IMG/VR virus record: IMGVR_UViG_3300034050_000451 | Coordinates: 206,866-270,865 of that record | Length of the DNA stretch: 64,000 bases | Reading direction: 5' to 3' (one strand) | Part shown: piece by piece, positions 57,894 to 64,000 of the stretch | How positions within the stretch are numbered: the first letter of the stretch is position 1 | Layout: the number at the start of each line of letters is the position of its first letter | Notes under the pieces: model-generated | Told to the model about the DNA's origin: nothing | The model's input: only the letters and a program-made list of their open reading frames with translations | Databases searched by the model: none | Program-made: the position numbers and the translations under genes

Positions 57894-58064
57894 TTATTTA
57901 GTTTCCTCTATGGATACTTTTCTATAATCAGTTACCAATTTTTTAATCTCACCAATAGCTTTTCTAGCTCTTGATTTAGCAGCTTTGGTTGTACCATTGT
58001 GCTCTTTTTCAAATTGAGTGTATAACTCTTTAATTTGTTCGAAAATTTCTTGCGAATTTGCCAT
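57894..58064 (-). CDS. Histone H1-like (Hc1-family) nucleoid protein (start MANSQE)
   Basis: KAAKSRARKAIGEIKKLVTDYRKVS matches the Bacteroidota Hc1-type KAA.RARK pattern. Confidence 0.75.
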   Translation of the reverse strand: MANSQEIFEQIKELYTQFEKEHNGTTKAAKSRARKAIGEIKKLVTDYRKVSIEETK

Positions 58065-58219
58065 AATCTTTATTTTGTTTTTAATTGTTAAGTCCAACCA
58101 TTTTTTCAGTTGGGTGATTATAACTATTGTATATATTGAAAAAGAATTCAATTTACAAAGTTAATTTTTTTATTTTTTTGTTTGGTATTTTTACATACCA
58201 CATATTGATTGATTGAGTA

Positions 58220-59578
58220 TTATCCAAAGTTATCTACATATTTTTTATGTAATAATTTCTTCTCCATAATCGCCCCATCATTACTTTCTTTTGATGTAAT
58301 AATTCCATCAGATGATGATGCTTCAAATACTTCAATTGAACCAATATTAGTATCCATTTTAGATGGGAATGTTAATCCATCCGGTCCGAATCTATTCTTC
58401 ATCACGTGAAATCTAGCGGTGTTGTTTAATTTATCTTTAGATTTTCTACTGATACTCATAATGAAATCTGCGTTCATAACTTTAGCGTATGAATCAGCCA
58501 CTTTATCAGCTTCAATAACTTCACTATCAATTGCCGAACGATTGGTTTGAGATGCTGTCCAAACGGGTATTCCTAACATACCACCCATTCCTCTTAGTTC
58601 AATATAAACACCACCTTGCTCACCATAAGTTGATTCTGATTTGTTTGTAGTAGAGAGTAGTAAATCAGCGTAATCAATAATAACTAAATCCGGTTTATTA
58701 CCCGCAGCAGTCATCTTTTCAATGTGAGATTCGATGTTTCTAGCTGATATACCCTTTGGTGGAAAATACTTAATGAGTAATCTACCTTTTAGTTTTTTAA
58801 TCTTTTGAAGTACATCCTCTTTTCTATTTTTTAAATCCCCAGATGGGATTTGTGTGAATACAGTATCATATCGCTGTCCTACATAATGTTCGGATAATTC
58901 TAATGAATAATGTACTACATTCATTCCAGCTTTCACAGCAGCCGCTCCAAGTGCACATAGTACCCAAGTTTTACCAACTCCTGATGGTGCAACTATTACT
59001 CCCAATTCACCGGGTCCTAATCCACCATCCATTAACCCATTAATACAATCCCAAGAAGTTGGTACAGTTGTTCTATTTAAATCTTCACTACGTTCTTCAA
59101 AATCTAAAACGTAATCTAAACCCAAATCAGTATCAACTCCAACTTTCATTGCTTTATCTACTAAATCTTTAATTCTATCATAAGAACCAGCTTTTAATAA
59201 ATCAACGGATTGTACAATTGCTTCTTTAAGATTCTGATTGATGCAAAAGTTAGAAAATTCTTTTTTTACATAATCCAAGTCATTATCACCTAATTGGGTA
59301 AATGCCAATTTAAGTTGTTCAACAATTCGTTTCTGCATTCCAGAATCTTCCATTTTTGAAATTTCAACTTTAAACACATCTAATGATGGTGTACGTTTGA
59401 AATCATCATAATATTCCATTATCTCCTCAACAATCCATTTGTTTGCTTCGGATTCAAAAAACTTAGGATGTATAACCTCTCTGAGCGTATCTAATAAACG
59501 AACATCAGCAATCAAACAAGATAAAACTTTTGTTTGAAATGATTGTCCGTATTTAGATAGTGTGTCTGTATTTTGCAT
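58220..59578 (-). CDS. Replicative DnaB-like helicase (gp41-like)
   Basis: APSGVGKT, SLE, IDYADL, TASQTNR, KNRFG. Confidence 0.93.
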   Translation of the reverse strand: MQNTDTLSKYGQSFQTKVLSCLIADVRLLDTLREVIHPKFFESEANKWIVEEIMEYYDDFKRTPSLDVFKVEISKMEDSGMQKRIVEQLKLAFTQLGDNDLDYVKKEFSNFCINQNLKEAIVQSVDLLKAGSYDRIKDLVDKAMKVGVDTDLGLDYVLDFEERSEDLNRTTVPTSWDCINGLMDGGLGPGELGVIVAPSGVGKTWVLCALGAAAVKAGMNVVHYSLELSEHYVGQRYDTVFTQIPSGDLKNRKEDVLQKIKKLKGRLLIKYFPPKGISARNIESHIEKMTAAGNKPDLVIIDYADLLLSTTNKSESTYGEQGGVYIELRGMGGMLGIPVWTASQTNRSAIDSEVIEADKVADSYAKVMNADFIMSISRKSKDKLNNTARFHVMKNRFGPDGLTFPSKMDTNIGSIEVFEASSSDGIITSKESNDGAIMEKKLLHKKYVDNFG

Positions 59579-59633
59579 GTATATAACCTATTTGTTTCCA
59601 CAAAGATATAAAAAATTTGTGATAAAACCTAAT

Positions 59634-60680
59634 TTATTTTATAATAATGTTGTGGAATGTCGATTGTAACCAATCATTAATGTCTCTCCAATTTTGTAAA
59701 ACCTTATATTTGTTACCAACTTTAAGGAATTCTAATTTATTGAATGCAACATCATCTTCTCTGAATCTATCAATTATCTTAAGCTTTTGATTTGTTGGTA
59801 TATGTGGTTCTTTCAACTCCATTAATCGCTTATTCATAAGGAGTTGTTCCCTTGCTTCTAAAATATCATTATAAAGTTTGATTTTACCCAATTTACCTTC
59901 ACACATTTGAAACAATTCATCATGCGTAATAAGTCTATCTTCAGATAGTTCAGGAAATCGTTTAAGAAGTGTTTTGATACCACATCCTTTAATACCCGGA
60001 ATGTTATCGGACTTATCCCCATCTAATGTACGATATAATAGGAGATTTTCAGGCCAAATTTCAAATTCATCAAATACAACTTGTCTATTATATAGTTTCT
60101 TTTTAGTTGGTGAAAATACACTAACTTTATCAGAAACTAATTGTAGGAAATCTTTATCAGTTGAAACAATTACAACTTCACCATCATACTCATTTTGAGT
60201 ATATTGGGTTAAATATGCAATAGTATCATCTGCTTCAATTCCATCGTAAATCATTGTTTGAACTGGTAGATAATCCAACATATCATTCAGCCATACAAAT
60301 TGTTGCCTCATTGATAATCGTTCATCCTCTTCACTCATCATCTCACCATAGGTGCGATTAACTCTAAATCTATTCTTCTCTCTACCAGCTTTATATCCTT
60401 CGTGGATTTTCTTTCTGGATTCAGAACCATTCTTACCATCAAAAGTTACAATAACTCTCGTTGGGTTGAATTCTCTGATTTGATATCCAATTGATTTTAA
60501 TGAACCAATAACTCCACCCGTATGGTCACCATCCTCATTCATTGTAGGATTAGTTGTCCAGCTACGGATGAAGGTATTAAGTCCATCAATGATAAGAACT
60601 CTACTGTTTCTCTCTCTTAGGTGGTTTGTTTTGTGTTCCTCACTCACTTTATTGAGGATATCTTTATAGAGTTCTTTCAT
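59634..60680 (-). CDS. 5'-3' exonuclease / RNase H (T4 rnh-like)
   Basis: IDGLN, FDG, YKAGR, EADD, STDKD, GDKSDNIPG. Confidence 0.93.
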   Translation of the reverse strand: MKELYKDILNKVSEEHKTNHLRERNSRVLIIDGLNTFIRSWTTNPTMNEDGDHTGGVIGSLKSIGYQIREFNPTRVIVTFDGKNGSESRKKIHEGYKAGREKNRFRVNRTYGEMMSEEDERLSMRQQFVWLNDMLDYLPVQTMIYDGIEADDTIAYLTQYTQNEYDGEVVIVSTDKDFLQLVSDKVSVFSPTKKKLYNRQVVFDEFEIWPENLLLYRTLDGDKSDNIPGIKGCGIKTLLKRFPELSEDRLITHDELFQMCEGKLGKIKLYNDILEAREQLLMNKRLMELKEPHIPTNQKLKIIDRFREDDVAFNKLEFLKVGNKYKVLQNWRDINDWLQSTFHNIIIK

Positions 60681-60898
60681 TAGTTAGTTTTATCAGAGTT
60701 AAAATAAGTTTCTATTGCTTTCAATCTATCATCTGCATCTACCAACATTTGAAGAGCTTCTTCAGCGTTGTTATAGAAATCATTTGTAGAATGGTCACCA
60801 ATTCCAGCTGGATTCTTTTCTAATAATTCTAATGTAAGTAGTGCTTTTGCTCTATCGGCTTGTGCACTTGTTTTTAACATTTCTTTCAATCTACTCAT
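60680..60898 (-). CDS. Conserved small T4-like phage protein
   Basis: NPAGIGDH motif. Confidence 0.6.
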   Translation of the reverse strand: MSRLKEMLKTSAQADRAKALLTLELLEKNPAGIGDHSTNDFYNNAEEALQMLVDADDRLKAIETYFNSDKTN

Positions 60899-60915
60899 AA
60901 CATATTTTTTATAAT

Positions 60916-62037
60916 TTAATCCCCGATTACCTCAGAATCTACTACCAAATTATCGGTATCCATTGAATCCTTTTTATATTGTAAGATTGTTGCTTCACAA
61001 ATTCCTTTGTAAATTTGTTCTCTAATAGAGTCATTATCTTGTAATAATTTTGGGAAATCTTTAGATTGATATTTGATAATTTCACCAGTATCAATATCGG
61101 TGTACTCATACCAAGCACCAGTTTGTTTTACCAAACCATGCTCTTTCATTTGCGCCAACCATGCTCCATAGTTATCGATTCCTCTATCAAAGAAGATATC
61201 GAAATCAGCGGAACGTAATGGTGGACCCATACGATTTTTAACAACCTGACAACGTACTTTGATACCTACGATTCTATCGTTACCATTTTCCTTTGCCTTA
61301 ATGGTTCCCATACTCTTTAATCTTAAACGAACCGATGCGTGGAAAGCGATTGCTTTACCACCAGAAGTTGTCCAAGGGTCAGAGAATGGCATAGCGTTCA
61401 TCTTCTGTCTTAATTGATTTGTGAAAACCAATGTGATTTTCTGTCTACCAATTAAGTTTGTGATTTTACGCATTGCCTTTGAGATAATAATTGCTTTATC
61501 GGTTGCGTATCCATCTTTACCATAATCTGCTTCCATCTCCTTTTCAGTTGATGCTGCTGCTACTGAATCCACTACGATTGTTACGAGTTTATCTTTCGAT
61601 GCTACTCGCACTTTCTCAATAATGATTTCGGTGTATTCGAAACATTGTTCTACTGTCTCAGCCGCTACATATAGTAATTTAGATACATCTACTCCAATTG
61701 CCTGTAAGAACTCTCTACTGACCGCATTTTCGGTATCTATTAGAACCGCAACACCACCTTGCTTTTGTGTTTCAGCAAGGAGGTGAGCAGATACTAATGA
61801 TTTTCCAGATTGTTCAAGTCCAGTAATTTCGGTGATTCTACCAATAGGTAATCCACCATAAGGTCGATTAGAAATGGCAACATCTAGCATTGATGCTCCA
61901 GTTGATACCCACCCACTCACGTCGGTTGGGGAATCTCCGGCATCCAAAAAGAATGCTACTCTTTGGTCTTTGGATTGTTTGTTTAGGGAATCAGCAAGAA
62001 CACTTGCTAAATCCACCTCTTTCGATGTTTTTGCCAT
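60916..62037 (-). CDS. recA: RecA/UvsX recombinase
   Basis: STG, GLP.GRITE, GLEQSGKS, DSVAA, NQLR, SGG.A..F.AS, KNR..PP. Confidence 0.95.
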   Translation of the reverse strand: MAKTSKEVDLASVLADSLNKQSKDQRVAFFLDAGDSPTDVSGWVSTGASMLDVAISNRPYGGLPIGRITEITGLEQSGKSLVSAHLLAETQKQGGVAVLIDTENAVSREFLQAIGVDVSKLLYVAAETVEQCFEYTEIIIEKVRVASKDKLVTIVVDSVAAASTEKEMEADYGKDGYATDKAIIISKAMRKITNLIGRQKITLVFTNQLRQKMNAMPFSDPWTTSGGKAIAFHASVRLRLKSMGTIKAKENGNDRIVGIKVRCQVVKNRMGPPLRSADFDIFFDRGIDNYGAWLAQMKEHGLVKQTGAWYEYTDIDTGEIIKYQSKDFPKLLQDNDSIREQIYKGICEATILQYKKDSMDTDNLVVDSEVIGD

Positions 62038-62052
62038 ATAACTTTTTAGTTT

Positions 62053-62886
62053 TTAGTTGTTGAATAAGTCATCAAATGCTGATGCTACATCATCCATTTT
62101 CTTACGTTCCTCAACTGCTGGTGTAGCGGCGAATGCTTCATTTTTAATTGGAGCTGCTGCTGGTGCCGATTGTGGAGCCGGAGCCGGTGTTGATAATGTT
62201 GATTGTGAAGTTGATTCAGAACCTTCATCACCAGTTGGATTCAACCACCCTTCTAATACACCTTTTAATTCAGCGTAAGAAAGTTCCTGATAGATATCAG
62301 TAATGTTAGTTTGACCTTCCATTGCTGCTTTCAATTTTTCAGAATCTTCCAAAATAGGAGTTTGAGTTGGTTTAACTCTAATTGTAGTTACAGGATAAGA
62401 AGTTCCTGCATCTTCAGCTGATACATAATCAATAGTGATATCTCTACCAGTTGTTGGGTCGGTAATATCTCCATAATCTGGGTCAGCGATGTAACCTAAG
62501 ATTTCCTGATAAACCGTCTTACCAAATCCCCAAAATTTAACTCCTTCGTTTTCTTCACCTCTTACAATAACAGGTACGAATGTTCTCAACTTCGGTTCCA
62601 TTTTCTTAGCAGCTTTCCAATCTTCCTTATCACCCATTCGTTTAAGTTTGTCAGCAAACTCAACAATTGGGTCAGGTCTTCCGAAAGACATCGGAGATAG
62701 ATAAGATTTGTTGTTAATGTTGTAGTGGAAATAAAGTTCGATAAAAGGATTTTCTTTGTTGAACTTGTAAGGTACGATTCTCACTTGAGTCTTACCATTT
62801 GCTGGTTTCCAAAGATTGTTTTTTGTACTTCCAGTGTTTTGTAGTTTGTTTAGTCTACCTCTAATTGCATCTAAATTAATAGCCAT
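62053..62886 (-). CDS. Single-stranded DNA-binding protein (gp32-like)
   Basis: WKP..G, RIVP, FHY, WGFGK, DITD...GRD; acidic tail AFDDLFNN. Confidence 0.85.
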   Translation of the reverse strand: MAINLDAIRGRLNKLQNTGSTKNNLWKPANGKTQVRIVPYKFNKENPFIELYFHYNINNKSYLSPMSFGRPDPIVEFADKLKRMGDKEDWKAAKKMEPKLRTFVPVIVRGEENEGVKFWGFGKTVYQEILGYIADPDYGDITDPTTGRDITIDYVSAEDAGTSYPVTTIRVKPTQTPILEDSEKLKAAMEGQTNITDIYQELSYAELKGVLEGWLNPTGDEGSESTSQSTLSTPAPAPQSAPAAAPIKNEAFAATPAVEERKKMDDVASAFDDLFNN

Positions 62887-63005
62887 TGTTTTTTGTTTTA
62901 AAAGTTTATAATTAAGTTTTAATGGTTTTATTATGGTGTCTTTCCTACACCTTATATAAATATCAAAAAACCAAGTTTTAAGATGGTCTTATCCATTTAT
63001 TTATA

Positions 63006-63037
63006 CAAATATACGAATAAAATCTGATACTTCCAAA
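63006..63037 (-). promoter_or_regulatory. Class I promoter of SSB (a class II motif also lies at about 62955)
   Basis: TTTG-N20-TATATTTG; same motif at 16828, 17985, 25531, 42715, 46457, 49029, 53062, 59601, 63464. Confidence 0.7.
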
Positions 63038-63051
63038 TTTTATCCGTAATA

Positions 63052-63441
63052 TTATTTTTTAGTACGATGGTTTGTCAATGCGTTGATTATATTAACCAAT
63101 CGTTCAATTTCTTTATCTTTATTACTGATGATATCCATCAATGTAGGTTCAATTGAATTGAGTGCTTCTATCTTTGCTTCCACTCTTGCCAACTCAATAC
63201 CTCTTATTTCTTTAGTTGAATGAAATTCATGTTCATATTCTCCCAATTGTCTATGACATTGAATTTCCAATTCTGCAACTTCTTTTAATCTTTTGATTTT
63301 ATGAGTTTCAATATCATTATCTACTTGATTAAATTTTTCTCTACGATACAATTCAATTTCTCTATTGATTATATTCTTTTCAATTTCCAAATCTCTCAAT
63401 TCCTGAGCTTTGGTATTATTTGATTTATTTCTTCCAAACAT
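63052..63441 (-). CDS. Coiled-coil hypothetical protein
   Basis: ORF track; promoter at 63464. Confidence 0.6.
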   Translation of the reverse strand: MFGRNKSNNTKAQELRDLEIEKNIINREIELYRREKFNQVDNDIETHKIKRLKEVAELEIQCHRQLGEYEHEFHSTKEIRGIELARVEAKIEALNSIEPTLMDIISNKDKEIERLVNIINALTNHRTKK

Positions 63442-63514
63442 AACGTTAGTTTTATTATTTATACAAATATACGAAATTTATCTGAGAATACCAAATGTTT
63501 TCTCAAATACTTTA

Positions 63515-63919
63515 TTAAGTTCTAAAGTGAGCTCCCCCACCATAGTTATATTGTGGTGCATTTGAACTCCATCCTTTGGAATGATTACTAAATGGTTTGG
63601 CTGCTTGTGCGAATCTACCATATGATTGAACTGATTTAGAAGGTCCACCCATTGAATCCCAAGCAGATTCCCATTTCTCAGGCATTACACCATTTTTAAA
63701 TTCTATAACTGGTGTATCTAAATCTTCCAATAATTGGGTTACCTCTTTAATTGGGAATTTGTAAAAGGTATTTACTCTAAGTGTTTTATCCACTTCTATA
63801 AAAAGTATAGAACGAGCTTTAAGTTTACATAACTTTAATCTTTTTGTTTTAGTTGCGGTTCCTTGTGAAACCTTTACATCAAAAATCTGTCCAGCGGGTA
63901 CTCTATCAAAATTTATCAT
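63515..63919 (-). CDS. Hypothetical early protein
   Basis: ORF track; preceded by AAAACCCTAAAA leader and class I promoter. Confidence 0.6.
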   Translation of the reverse strand: MINFDRVPAGQIFDVKVSQGTATKTKRLKLCKLKARSILFIEVDKTLRVNTFYKFPIKEVTQLLEDLDTPVIEFKNGVMPEKWESAWDSMGGPSKSVQSYGRFAQAAKPFSNHSKGWSSNAPQYNYGGGAHFRT

Positions 63920-63921
63920 AT

Positions 63922-63977
63922 CTTTTAGGGTTTTAAGTTATAACTCAAATATACAACAAATATTTGATAATTCCAAA
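63922..63977 (-). promoter_or_regulatory. Early promoter/leader cassette (fifth copy of AAAACCCTAAAA leader)
   Basis: TTTG-N20-TATATTTG ... TTAAAACCCTAAAAGAT ATG. Confidence 0.7.
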
Positions 63978-64000
63978 TAAAAAAGGGAAAACTTTCGCTT

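Noticed and set aside
46489-62037. Introns or inteins in PolB, NrdA, NrdB, helicase or RecA
   Set aside because: ORFs are continuous and of ordinary or short length, with no intein motifs
702-62278. All plus-strand ORFs and short nested minus-strand ORFs in the track
   Set aside because: Shadow frames of well-supported minus-strand genes, with no recognisable motifs or promoters
62979-62997. Third pseudoknot upstream of SSB (ATGGATAAGACCATCTTA)
   Set aside because: The two stems overlap with no connecting loop, so they are mutually exclusive and weak
1-64000. Stop-codon reassignment
   Set aside because: Conserved genes translate full length in the standard code and coding density is high

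Overview
AT-rich (roughly 30% GC by eye) 64-kb segment of a large T4-like (jumbo/'huge') phage genome; every credible gene is on the minus strand. The host is most likely Bacteroidota (about 18 TTTG-N~20-TAnnTTTG promoters, a DUF4494 protein, an Hc1-type histone-like protein and a phage ribosomal protein bS21). Contents: (1) 0.3-3 kb and 20.8-26.5 kb, putative head-internal proteins sharing an N-terminal MIxLxxL(L/I)xE leader; (2) 5.5-11 kb, DNA ligase plus a MoxR-AAA/VWA pair in repeated early-promoter cassettes; (3) 12-15.4 kb and 26.9-41.6 kb, two glycan-biosynthesis islands (>20 genes); (4) 18-20.5 kb, a Ser/Thr-rich repeat virion protein; (5) 41.8-62.9 kb, a complete T4-like replication/nucleotide module (clamp loader, clamp, PolB, thioredoxin, NrdA/NrdB, helicase, 5'-3' exonuclease, RecA/UvsX, SSB). 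Interleaved in that module is a candidate DNA-modification set: DUF4338, a GT-B glycosyltransferase, a DUF262-HNH protein and two Mom-like GNATs. The most striking unexplained signal is a pair of tandem, covarying H-type pseudoknots (51717-51788) in the 5' leader of the DUF262-HNH/glycosyltransferase unit. Others are the putative capsid-targeting leader/polyprotein system, an anti-Shine-Dalgarno-like structured element (3734-3790), a second promoter class (ATA(T/C)TTAT) and a SET protein next to a histone-like protein. All family assignments are from motif recognition by eye; no database search was run.
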